Origin: Bradymonadales bacterium
Lineage (GTDB): Bacteria; Bdellovibrionota; UBA2394
Reading direction: 5' to 3'
DNA: 40,186 bases
NCBI GenBank assembly: GCA_007693605.1
Contig: REDG01000044.1
Coordinates: forward strand, 1-40,186
Position numbers and translations under genes: made by a program. Below, in pieces: positions 19,604 to 32,776 of this stretch. The notes beneath the pieces were generated by a model. That model made no database searches. It saw only the letters and a program-made list of their open reading frames with translations, and was not told the DNA's origin. Positions within the stretch are counted from its first letter, which is position 1. Each line of letters opens with the position of its first letter.

Positions 19604-20682
19604 TACGACTCTTCGTTCGCGAGAGCAAGTCGGCGAGCATAGTCTTCTTGCTGAAGTTTCTCGACTACCTCAGAGAGGTTTCCCTCCATGACGCTACTCA
19701 GTTTTTTCAGAGTTAGGCCGATCCGATGATCTGTCACTCGCTCTTGAGGAAAGTTGTAGGTCCGTATTCTTTCACTGCGATCTCCAGTTCCTACCTGAGC
19801 CTTGCGATTGGCCGATCGCTCTTTCTCTGCAGTCTCTTGCTTGGCTTGCAAAAGCCGGGCCCGCAAGACCTTCATTGCCTTGGCCTTATTCTTAATTTGG
19901 CTTCTCTCATCCTGACAAATCACCACCGTATTTGTGGGCAAATGCGTGATTCGAACGGCCGAATCCGTCGTGTTAACTCCCTGGCCCCCTTTTCCTCCCG
20001 CACGAAAGACATCAATTCGAAGATCTTTAGAGTCGATCTCCACCTCTTCTTCGGTGGCCTCCGGCATGATCGCCACGGTGACCGTTGAGGTGTGAATTCG
20101 ACCTCCAGCCTCCGTCACCGGAATCCGCTGAACTCGGTGCACGCCTGATTCGTACTTCAACTGCCTGAAAACATTCTGCCCCTCGATACTCGCCACGACT
20201 TCTTTGTAGCCTCCTTGTCCAGAAAAAGACTCGCTTAGAATCTCAAGCCTCCACCCCATCTGGTTTGCATAGCGGCTGTACATTCGAAACAAGTCTTGCG
20301 CAAAAAGTGAGGCCTCATCTCCTCCGGCTCCGGCCCGAATCTCCAAAAGAGCATTCTTTTCTTCGTCAGGATCTTTCGGCAAAAGCTCCAATTGAATGGA
20401 CTGCTCAAGACTTTCCATTCGGGGTCTCAGCTGATCTAAATCATCTTGAGCCAGCTCAGACAACTCTCCACCCTGCTCTAAGACCTCCTTAGAGGACTCC
20501 AGATCTTTTAAAACTTTAAGATATTGTCTGCCCAAATCGACAAGAGCTTCAATGCGAGCTCTTTCTTGGGAGATCTTTTGAAACTGCTCAGAGCTGCCAA
20601 TCACACTTGGCTCATTCAATTGCGCCGTCAGATGTTCGTAGCGATCAATCGCCGCCTGTAACCGATCCTTCAAACTCTCCAC
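19603..20682 (-). CDS. prfA: Peptide chain release factor 1
   Basis: PVT motif, GGQ, RIRTYNFPQ. Confidence 0.97.
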   Translation of the reverse strand: MESLKDRLQAAIDRYEHLTAQLNEPSVIGSSEQFQKISQERARIEALVDLGRQYLKVLKDLESSKEVLEQGGELSELAQDDLDQLRPRMESLEQSIQLELLPKDPDEEKNALLEIRAGAGGDEASLFAQDLFRMYSRYANQMGWRLEILSESFSGQGGYKEVVASIEGQNVFRQLKYESGVHRVQRIPVTEAGGRIHTSTVTVAIMPEATEEEVEIDSKDLRIDVFRAGGKGGQGVNTTDSAVRITHLPTNTVVICQDERSQIKNKAKAMKVLRARLLQAKQETAEKERSANRKAQVGTGDRSERIRTYNFPQERVTDHRIGLTLKKLSSVMEGNLSEVVEKLQQEDYARRLALANEES

Positions 20683-20706
20683 TCAAAACAGCCTCTCACT
20701 GATGGA

Positions 20707-20982
20707 TCAGGAAGGCTTCTTCTTTTTCTTGGAGTAGAGGCCAGACTTGTACTTCTTCTGGAACTTCTCCACTCGACCTTCTGTATCCAAAACCCTCATC
20801 GTTCCGGTGTAGAAGGGATGAGAAGCGGAAGAGATCTCCACCTTCGCCATGGGATAAGTATTTCCGTCCTCCCACTTCACCGTCTCTTTGGTGGATATGG
20901 TCGAACGAGTTAAAATTGCAAAGTCGCTCGCATTGTCTTGAAAGACAACGGGCCGGTAGGCGGGATGGGTGTTCTTTTTCAT
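20707..20982 (-). CDS. rpmE: 50S ribosomal protein L31 type B (no zinc-binding cysteines)
   Basis: [11 protein letters not shown]...[10 protein letters not shown]...GRVEKF. Confidence 0.95.
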   Translation of the reverse strand: MKKNTHPAYRPVVFQDNASDFAILTRSTISTKETVKWEDGNTYPMAKVEISSASHPFYTGTMRVLDTEGRVEKFQKKYKSGLYSKKKKKPS

Positions 20983-22529
20983 TGGTTCATACTCTCCAGG
21001 AACTCATCATTTGTCTTGGTTTTCGAGACTTTATCGAGCAAAAACTCCATGCTGTCAATCGGAGAGAGCGGCGATAGAAGCTTCCTAAGAATCCACACCC
21101 TCTGAAGAGTCTTCTCATCCAGTAGAAGCTCTTCTTTTCGCGTCCCAGAGCGGTTGATGTCCATGGCCGGAAAGACCCTCTTATCGGCAACCTTACGGTC
21201 CAGGACAATCTCCATATTACCCGTTCCCTTGAACTCTTCAAAAATGACTTCATCCATTCGACTGCCAGTTTCAATCAGGGCCGTGGCAATAATCGTCAAA
21301 CTACCCCCTTCTTCAATATTTCTGGCCGCCCCAAAAAAGCGCTTTGGTCGATGTAGGGCGTTCGCGTCGACCCCTCCCGAAAGAATCTTTCCGGAAGCAG
21401 GCTCGCAGGTGTTGTAGGCCCGAGCCAAACGAGTGATCGAATCCAACAGAATCACAACATCGTGACCATGCTCAACCAAGCGCTTCGCCTTCTCGATCAC
21501 CATTTGGGCGACTTGCACATGGCGATGAGCCGGCTCGTCAAAGGTGGAAGACACCACTTCTGCATCTACATTTCTAGACATATCGGTCACTTCTTCAGGT
21601 CGCTCATCGATAAGAAGAACCAACATCTTAATCTCCGGATGATTCTTAGAAATCGAGTTAGCAATGCTCTGAAGCAGCATGGTTTTACCCGTTCTTGGGG
21701 GCGCCACAATCAGGCCCCTCTGCCCCTTGCCAATTGGGCAAAGTAAATCCATCACCCGGCCGCCGTACTGATCCGGAAGAACCTCAAGCTTGATCTTCTC
21801 TCGGGGATAGAAGGGCGTCAGGTTGTCAAAAAGCACCCGGTGTAAAGACTTCTCGGGATGCTGGCCATTAATCTTTAGAACCTTGAGCAGGGCAAAGTAT
21901 CTCTCACCCTCTTTGGGGTTTCGAATCTGCCCACTCACGGTGTCTCCCGTCTTGAGATTCAAACGACGAATCTGATTCGGAGACAAATAGACATCATCCG
22001 GTCCGGGCAGATAACTAAAATCAGGTGATCTTAAGAAGCCATACCCGTCTGGAAGAACCTCTAAGACTCCCTCAGAATAAACGGCAATATTCTGTCTAAC
22101 GCTGGCCTTCAAGAGATCATAAATGAGATCCTGCTTTCGCATGGCGCTCGCGCCCTCAATCCCTTGAGCCTCTGCCATTTCGACCAACTCACTGGCCGGT
22201 TTCGCCTTCAAATCCTGCAGGTGAAGAACTTCTGAGCCCTCTTCTCCTGAAAGCTCTTCAGAGGCGATCAGGTCGGAAATGTCTCCGGGCGTATAATTTT
22301 CCCGCTCATGAAAGCCTCCGCCATGCCCGCCGTGTCCACCGTGCCCGCCACCGTGGCCACCGCCGTGGCCTCCGCGGCCCTTGCGATTACCGCCGCCTCC
22401 GCGATGCGAAGACCGTCGTCTCTTGTTTGATCCTCCACCACCGGACCTGTCTTCACCCATATTGGTTGGGGGCTGAACATCGATTGACTGGCCGCCGTTG
22501 TCGGCCTCATTTGAACTCATTTTTTTCAT
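20979..22529 (-). CDS. rho: Transcription termination factor Rho with N-terminal extension
   Basis: [36 protein letters not shown]. Confidence 0.98.
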   Translation of the reverse strand: MKKMSSNEADNGGQSIDVQPPTNMGEDRSGGGGSNKRRRSSHRGGGGNRKGRGGHGGGHGGGHGGHGGHGGGFHERENYTPGDISDLIASEELSGEEGSEVLHLQDLKAKPASELVEMAEAQGIEGASAMRKQDLIYDLLKASVRQNIAVYSEGVLEVLPDGYGFLRSPDFSYLPGPDDVYLSPNQIRRLNLKTGDTVSGQIRNPKEGERYFALLKVLKINGQHPEKSLHRVLFDNLTPFYPREKIKLEVLPDQYGGRVMDLLCPIGKGQRGLIVAPPRTGKTMLLQSIANSISKNHPEIKMLVLLIDERPEEVTDMSRNVDAEVVSSTFDEPAHRHVQVAQMVIEKAKRLVEHGHDVVILLDSITRLARAYNTCEPASGKILSGGVDANALHRPKRFFGAARNIEEGGSLTIIATALIETGSRMDEVIFEEFKGTGNMEIVLDRKVADKRVFPAMDINRSGTRKEELLLDEKTLQRVWILRKLLSPLSPIDSMEFLLDKVSKTKTNDEFLESMNQ

Positions 22530-22783
22530 TGGAAAGTCTCCATCCGATTAAAATTTTTCGTGAAAGCCCCACCTAGACCAGAAGATTTCAAGGCTGACTC
22601 CCAACGCCTGAACCGGGTATGATTTCAAGTATTGAATGCCCTCTTCGTTTTCCGATCAAAATGATGATTTTACGAAAGTACCTTATCCCAGGCTGATTCC
22701 CATCATGTATGTGGGCAAGAAAGGACTGTCAAGCCTTTATCTAATTGGATTATCAATAGAGAAGATGAAGTTTTCTTCCCTAA

Positions 22784-26900
<4,117 letters not shown>

Positions 26901-27048
26901 AGGCCTTCCTCTCCTGACTCTATCGTACACAAGCTTGAAGCAGCTTTCTAGAGGAACTGGCCTCCAGAGTTCAGTTTTCTGAAAAGATATCGACGGGTTA
27001 TAAGACTGTGACCAATCTCCTTAGAGTCAGATATTCGGGTGAGCGGGC

Positions 27049-27115
27049 CCTAGTGGTCCAACCGGTAAATTGCTTCCGTGTTGTGCTGAAAAAATTTACC
27101 GGTTGGACCACTAGG
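27049..27115. repeat. Perfect 23-bp inverted repeat with a 21-nt loop and CTAG near each end
   Basis: CCTAGTGGTCCAACCGGTAAATT / AATTTACCGGTTGGACCACTAGG. Confidence 0.9.
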
Positions 27116-27138
27116 CCTGTTCTCGTTAGAGTTTTGGA

Positions 27139-28347
27139 ATGTCGATTTTTGAAGCTTTTGTTTTGGTCGGAGCGGTGGTTTGGTTGGCCAATCTTTTGGC
27201 CCCCTGGGGGGCGTGGCGTACTAGAGAATGTCTGAATGCAGAGAGTTCTTCAGCCATGAAGCTGTCTGATTACCCCTCGGTCAGCATTTTGATTCCCGCC
27301 CGAAATGAGGCGCTCGTCATTGCCCAAACCCTTCGAGGGATTGAGAGGCAAACACCTGACATTCCCGTAAGGATTGTGAACGACCAGTCAACCGATGACA
27401 CCAAAGAAGTTTCTCTGAAATCAAAACTCCCCATTCAGGTGATTGACGGACTTCCTCCCCCCGCCGGCTGGGCAGGAAAACTCTGGGCTCTTGAGCAAGG
27501 CCTCAAGCATGTGGACACCGAGTTCGTTCTCATTATGGACGCAGACATCGATCTTCAGTCAGGAATTCTGGAGAAAATGATGCTTAAGGCAAGATCCGAA
27601 AACATCGATTTTCTTTCGCTGATGGCCGAACTGAACTTTGCGAGCTTTTGGGAGAGACTCTTAATGCCGGCCTATATTTATTTTTTCAAACTCCTCTATC
27701 CTTTCTCTCTGGCCAACTCTGCAAGGAGTAATTTTTCTTCGGGTGCTGGAGGATGCATTCTGGTTCGAAAAGCTGTTTTCGAAAGAATCGGAGGATATCG
27801 AGCGATAAAAGACGCCTTGATCGACGACTGCAGTCTTGCAAAAGCCGTCAAATCGGCCGGCTTCAAGACCTGGATCGGTCTCACTCGATCGGTTCAAAGC
27901 CATCGGGCCTACGAAGGTCTCGGAGAGATTTGGCAGCTGGTCGCGCGCTCAGCATTCACATACCTTCGGTATTCCGCCTTCTTGCTATTTGTTTGCAGTC
28001 TCTTGATGGTGGCTGCATTTTGGTTTCTGCCGCTCTCTCTATTTATTTTGCCTACAGGCTCAGTGCTGTTTTGGATCTCCTGTGCAGGATGCACGGCCAT
28101 GTTGGCCGCCTACATTCCCACTCTCCGCTTTTACGGTCTCTCTCCGCTCTGGAGCCTTTTTCTCCCCGTGTCGGGCAGCCTTTACCTGTCTATGACCTGG
28201 ACTTCTGCCATTTCGTATTGGCGAGGAAAGCGATCTGCTTGGAAGGGACGAGTTTACGACAAAAATCTTAGGGCCTCAGAAGACTCAGACCAAAAAGGTA
28301 ACGATAATGATGTGGGCAAAGGCGAAAAAATACATCAGGTAGGCTAG
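27139..28347 (+). CDS. GT2 glycosyltransferase, HpnB-like (hopanoid-associated)
   Basis: IPARNEA, GWAGKLWAL, DADI, LIDDCSLA, WKGRVY. Confidence 0.85.
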   Translation: MSIFEAFVLVGAVVWLANLLAPWGAWRTRECLNAESSSAMKLSDYPSVSILIPARNEALVIAQTLRGIERQTPDIPVRIVNDQSTDDTKEVSLKSKLPIQVIDGLPPPAGWAGKLWALEQGLKHVDTEFVLIMDADIDLQSGILEKMMLKARSENIDFLSLMAELNFASFWERLLMPAYIYFFKLLYPFSLANSARSNFSSGAGGCILVRKAVFERIGGYRAIKDALIDDCSLAKAVKSAGFKTWIGLTRSVQSHRAYEGLGEIWQLVARSAFTYLRYSAFLLFVCSLLMVAAFWFLPLSLFILPTGSVLFWISCAGCTAMLAAYIPTLRFYGLSPLWSLFLPVSGSLYLSMTWTSAISYWRGKRSAWKGRVYDKNLRASEDSDQKGNDNDVGKGEKIHQVG

Positions 28348-29676
28348 TGGTTGATGAATCCACATCCATCTTTTGAAGAAAATGTTTGCCACCTCTAGGC
28401 TTCGAATTTTTTGCTCTAGCTGAATTTGATCTAGAATCAGCTGACCTCCCAAAGCGGCACTTTCTTGACTCAGGCCCAAACGAGCAAGCTCCATCTTGAT
28501 TCTTTTGTGTCGAAACCAAAGAGAAGGAGAGAACAAAATCATCCCCCACAAATTGGGAGGTTTTTTGGGCGCAAACAATTGGGCCGAAGTCTTAAAGACA
28601 TCTTCTTCAAGCAAGAGGCTCGCTTTTCGTTCTAACTTTTGTATCTCTTGATGAATGCTCGAAACCTTTCTTCTTTCTCCCTGCAAGCTCCTCGGAATTT
28701 GAGCCGAAATCAACTGCCCGATCAATCCGGATATAATCGTTGCCACCATCGCGTAGACTCCCAGGTGGGCCACATTGTAGCCCTCGAGATAGCCTGCCGA
28801 ATGAAAGAGCACAAAAACGGCCCCCAATGACCCCAGAAACATATGAAGTCGAACAGAGTTCTGGTAGTTGATCTTCCAATGCAGCTTTCGAATCGCAAGC
28901 TTTGTAAAGCTATGAACATTCGAAAGAACGAGCAGGCAAATCCCCACAATTCCAATCGTTACATTAAACTCGCTCCCGGGATGGAATTCTCCTAGTTCTG
29001 AAAGAAACAACAAGCTGGGGGCCCAAGAAAAAATCTTCAATCGAGCAAAGGACTCAATCGCAAGAATCAGCGTTCCCAAAAACAGGCCCGACCACATGAG
29101 GGCCACCCACTGCTGTGATCTCCTCTTTTTCTTTTGCTTTTCAGCCAAAGACTCTCTTTTTTTCTCAAGCTCGCCGAGCCAGCTTGAAATGCTTCTTTGA
29201 GTCCCAGAACTTGTCAGCCACTCTTGATAGTGCTTCAAGCCTTCAGTGTCTGACGCAATCAGCTCGGAGCGTTCAAAAATCGAGTCATAAATCTCTTCAA
29301 TCATTTCAGAGAAGTTTTGCGAATTCTGAGACAGAATTTCTACGATCTCTTTGGGAATGTAGACGAGCAGACAGTTCTCTGAAGCCGCGATCAACCGATC
29401 TACCTGATAGTCTCCGATCTTAAAGGCCCGCCCCAAAAAGAACTCATCTTTGACGGCCAGACCGATTGGCTTTTCATCTTTGGTCAGAAAGAGCACCTTG
29501 CCCCTGATCACATAACCAAAGTAGTTCCTCCAAGAAGAGTCGGTCTTAAAATCAATAACGGTCTCGGCCTTGGAGTGAGAGCGAATTCTCAGATACTTTT
29601 GCGCTCGACTAAAAGCCCGTTCAGGAAGGTCTCGAAAGAAGCGAGAGTTTCGAATTCTTAAAAGATCCGGATTCAA
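28285..29676 (-). CDS. cNMP-binding-like domain fused to a His-bearing membrane domain
   Basis: FFRDLP...GYVIRGKV...EFFLG jelly-roll; TM helices HMFLGSLGAVFVLFHS and WIHQPL...FAHII. Confidence 0.7.
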   Translation of the reverse strand: MNPDLLRIRNSRFFRDLPERAFSRAQKYLRIRSHSKAETVIDFKTDSSWRNYFGYVIRGKVLFLTKDEKPIGLAVKDEFFLGRAFKIGDYQVDRLIAASENCLLVYIPKEIVEILSQNSQNFSEMIEEIYDSIFERSELIASDTEGLKHYQEWLTSSGTQRSISSWLGELEKKRESLAEKQKKKRRSQQWVALMWSGLFLGTLILAIESFARLKIFSWAPSLLFLSELGEFHPGSEFNVTIGIVGICLLVLSNVHSFTKLAIRKLHWKINYQNSVRLHMFLGSLGAVFVLFHSAGYLEGYNVAHLGVYAMVATIISGLIGQLISAQIPRSLQGERRKVSSIHQEIQKLERKASLLLEEDVFKTSAQLFAPKKPPNLWGMILFSPSLWFRHKRIKMELARLGLSQESAALGGQLILDQIQLEQKIRSLEVANIFFKRWMWIHQPLAYLMYFFAFAHIIIVTFLV

Positions 29677-29703
29677 TCTGCGCTCCCCAAACTACGAGAT
29701 CTC

Positions 29704-30135
29704 TTAACGGGGGCTTACCCGCGCAGCCCGAATTCTTTGGGCCTCTTCTGTCAGTGCGGAAAGACCATACTTCTCTACGACGAAATCAAAGACCTCTCTT
29801 GGGCCTTTTCCTGATCTCACCTGTTGGTCAATGTCCTGCTTTACTGCCTGAGCCGCAGGACTGTTGCACTCGAGCAGAGTCGCATTTGAATCACAGCCGT
29901 CAGGAAAGCCCCTCAAAGCCTGGTAGTACATATCATTTCCCATAAAGGGAGCGGCATCTGGCGCCACCGTCGGGTTTCTTGACGAAGTATGAGGGTGATA
30001 AGGCGCTTGAGAGTATGCGGGGCTTTGTCGATAACTGGATGCTCCTGAGTCTGATAGAGAAGCCTGAATCAGGGTGGCCAGCATGAGAACGGCGATGACT
30101 GAAAGTAAGATATTCGTTAAGGCAGTCGAATTCAT
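29704..30135 (-). CDS. Membrane-anchored/secreted protein with CcmH-like C-terminal domain
   Basis: N-terminal hydrophobic helix; C-x8-CNSPAAQAVKQDI...GKGPREVFDFVVEKYG. Confidence 0.6.
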   Translation of the reverse strand: MNSTALTNILLSVIAVLMLATLIQASLSDSGASSYRQSPAYSQAPYHPHTSSRNPTVAPDAAPFMGNDMYYQALRGFPDGCDSNATLLECNSPAAQAVKQDIDQQVRSGKGPREVFDFVVEKYGLSALTEEAQRIRAARVSPR

Positions 30136-30166
30136 GCCCGTATCTTCTACCGCTTCGCCAGAGGGG

Positions 30167-31840
30167 TCAACGGTCGATTCGATGAACCGATCGCAGAAGC
30201 AGTAAGACTCCCACAGCGAGTGCAATAAAGGCCGAGATAGCCGCATTTCCGACCCAAGCAAACGAGAAGAATGTCCATAAGCCTGCCGCCCAAGAAAGCG
30301 CCACCACATGATAGGCCATCTCAATCAAGCTTTGGTGAGACTTTGCCTGAAGTCCGTCTTGAAACACGCGAATTCCCTCTTTGATTTCAGACAGCGACTT
30401 TCCCTCGCTGAAGATATGAAAGTCCGCAGGCTCCTTCGCCCAGTTCGAGCGAGCCAAGAGTCCCCAGCTTAAATAGGCCTCTCTTAAGGCCGGGACATCC
30501 TGCTCTGCATTGGCAATGAACATGACCTTTGGATAAATCACATCGAGGGCCTTTTTCTTTTTCTCTGAAAGCCTTCGAATCACAGTCGCCTTCTCGATGG
30601 GCATGACGCCCGCATGAGAAAACTTCAATCCCAAATCCTTTGAAAATCGTTTGGCCACATTTTCAGCGTCACCCGTGATCAGTCCCACATCGTAACCACA
30701 ATCGATGATCTCGTTCACCGTGTCGGCAGCCTCGGGCCGATAGTCGTCACGCAAAAGAACAAGGCCAAGAACCTGAGAGTCTCGCATCACCCAAACCACT
30801 GTGTCTTCACTTCCTTCCGCTTGCCAAAGAAGATCCGCCGGAACATCAGACGAGTTCAAACCCTGTTCATAGAGCCAAACCAAATTCCCAACAATCAGAG
30901 ACTCTTCTTTGCCCTCTCGAGTGACCTGCGTTTTGACACCCTTTCCGGCTTCGAGGGATTGATTCTTTATGGGGAGCAGCGAAAGCTTCTCGCTCTCAGC
31001 CTCCTGTACGATGGCCTGAGCATAAGGGTGCGAAGCCCCCTGCTCGGCGCTTGCCGCCATCTGCAAGACCTCTTTATGAGAAATGTTTTCAACACTCACC
31101 ACTCGTACAACCTTTGGAAGCCCGAGACTCAAGGTGCCAGTCTTATCAAAAGCAATCTGATTAACCTCTTCCATTCGATCGAGAGCCTCCGGTCTTCTGA
31201 CCCAAATACCCCGAGCAAAAGCTCGAATCTGAACACTCAAACGAATCAAAGGGGAGCTGTGTCGAGAGGAGAACGGGATGCAGAGAGCATAAAATCGAGC
31301 GGCGGCCTCTAGCCCCACTTGCCAAGAATCCGAGCGAGAGGCCCAAAAGAAAGCGACCGCCAGACCGGCACCAAGGAGCATAAACAGGCTGCCCCTCGCC
31401 GTCGCCGGGCTGTTCTCAATACTTGAATCGATGAGACCCTCGGTCGCTCTTTTTGTCTTCCAAACCTCGATCCATCGATTCTTCAGAATCAACTCGAGAC
31501 TCGGAATCCAAAGGGACAGAGCCACCACCCACGAGGCCCAAAGTAAAGGCTCACTGAACTTGCTCCAAAATTGCTGTTCAGAGCAGCCGACCACAATGAG
31601 CAAGAGAGCGGTCAAAGCGACAAACGAGCTACGAGTTGGGTGATAAAAAATTTGGGGCAAGTCTCTCCAGAAATGAAATCCAAAGACAAACACAGCCGTG
31701 AATCCCAAAATCCAAAAGACTAAGGGCGTTAACTCTCCAAAACCAAGCCCCAAAAATTCTGGCCAAAACAAAACCTGCATCACCAGAGCACAGATCGTTG
31801 CCAGAAGGGCAAATAGAGAAAGCGTGCGAGAGGAATTCAT
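30167..31840 (-). CDS. Degenerate heavy-metal (P1B) P-type ATPase-like protein
   Basis: FDKTGTL, SHP and ITGD present; TGE, CPC and GDGxND absent. Confidence 0.8.
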   Translation of the reverse strand: MNSSRTLSLFALLATICALVMQVLFWPEFLGLGFGELTPLVFWILGFTAVFVFGFHFWRDLPQIFYHPTRSSFVALTALLLIVVGCSEQQFWSKFSEPLLWASWVVALSLWIPSLELILKNRWIEVWKTKRATEGLIDSSIENSPATARGSLFMLLGAGLAVAFFWASRSDSWQVGLEAAARFYALCIPFSSRHSSPLIRLSVQIRAFARGIWVRRPEALDRMEEVNQIAFDKTGTLSLGLPKVVRVVSVENISHKEVLQMAASAEQGASHPYAQAIVQEAESEKLSLLPIKNQSLEAGKGVKTQVTREGKEESLIVGNLVWLYEQGLNSSDVPADLLWQAEGSEDTVVWVMRDSQVLGLVLLRDDYRPEAADTVNEIIDCGYDVGLITGDAENVAKRFSKDLGLKFSHAGVMPIEKATVIRRLSEKKKKALDVIYPKVMFIANAEQDVPALREAYLSWGLLARSNWAKEPADFHIFSEGKSLSEIKEGIRVFQDGLQAKSHQSLIEMAYHVVALSWAAGLWTFFSFAWVGNAAISAFIALAVGVLLLLRSVHRIDR

Positions 31841-31921
31841 GGCCCCAAGACTAGACCCTTGTTGACGAGAGATACAACCCACAATTTAGAAATTTACGGC
31901 CCCAAAAGGGCGCTTAGCGAT

Positions 31922-32314
31922 TCATGGATAGAGGCGATAAGGGTCTAAAGAAGAGTGATGCTCAAGAATCTTCCATTCTTCTTCCACCTTTTTATATAGA
32001 AAATGAAAGCGGGCGAAGGCCTTCTGTTGTGAGCTGTCTGCCCCTAGATACTCTAGGGAAAACCGGCCTGAATGAATAAAAAAGTCACCAAAGTCTCGAA
32101 AGAAAGAAAGTTCAAGCTTTGCCCGCGGCGCTCGCCGAAGAAACTTCTCGAAATATTCCTCGATCTCTTGAGGCTTCGTCTTCACCTCTGAAGAAAATGT
32201 CGGAAAGAATATGGCCTCTTCGGCATAGAGACCTGCCGCCTTCTTTGGATCGCCACTTTCAAGGGCCCGCCCCCAGTCTTCAAAAAGCTTCACGGCAAGT
32301 GCTTCTCTATTCAT
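31922..32314 (-). CDS. NTF2/SnoaL-fold protein (SgcJ/EcaC, DUF4440-like)
   Basis: FEDWGRALESGD...YAEEA.FFPT...ARF...WKILEHHSS. Confidence 0.85.
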   Translation of the reverse strand: MNREALAVKLFEDWGRALESGDPKKAAGLYAEEAIFFPTFSSEVKTKPQEIEEYFEKFLRRAPRAKLELSFFRDFGDFFIHSGRFSLEYLGADSSQQKAFARFHFLYKKVEEEWKILEHHSSLDPYRLYP

Positions 32315-32337
32315 CTCTTATACTTTAACCTGAGCCC

Positions 32338-32739
32338 ATGCCTGTGACCACTGCCACTTTTTTACTCCTGCTGCCGATCTATCTTCTTCTTAGTGTCGCC
32401 GTGATACGAAGAAGGCGAAAGACCCGGGTCCCGCTGGGATTTGGAAATGATGCGATTCTGGAAAAGAGAGTGAGTGCCCACAGTAATTTCGCCCAGTACG
32501 CGCCTTTGGCTCTCATCGGAATTTTGCTTTGCGAGCTGCGGGCTCTGCCCGAATTTCTGCTGGGGGCGGCTGGCCTAGCGATCTGCCTCGGGCGACTCTT
32601 GCATGCCTATGGTTTAACTCGACAAACTGAGAACTTTCGGTTCCGAGTGGCCGGAATGTTTTTGAGCTTTCTGTCACTAGGAATTTCAGGCTTCAGCCTT
32701 CTACTCAGTTTCTTGGGGCTAAAGTTCTTGGGGCTCTAG
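32338..32739 (+). CDS. MAPEG family membrane protein
   Basis: AHSNFAQYAP, GRLLHAYG, RVAGM. Confidence 0.88.
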   Translation: MPVTTATFLLLLPIYLLLSVAVIRRRRKTRVPLGFGNDAILEKRVSAHSNFAQYAPLALIGILLCELRALPEFLLGAAGLAICLGRLLHAYGLTRQTENFRFRVAGMFLSFLSLGISGFSLLLSFLGLKFLGL

Positions 32740-32776
32740 CTTCTGCTTGCTTTGGATCCCAGGTTCATGACAGCTT

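Noticed and set aside
22704..22732. rho promoter TTGACA-17-TACATG with a long leader
   Set aside because: The -10 is imperfect, and a long rho leader is ordinary
31908..31923. GGGCGCTTAGCGATTC, a 15/16 match to 8527-8542
   Set aside because: Too short and lacks the CAGATG core; may be a remnant but cannot be supported
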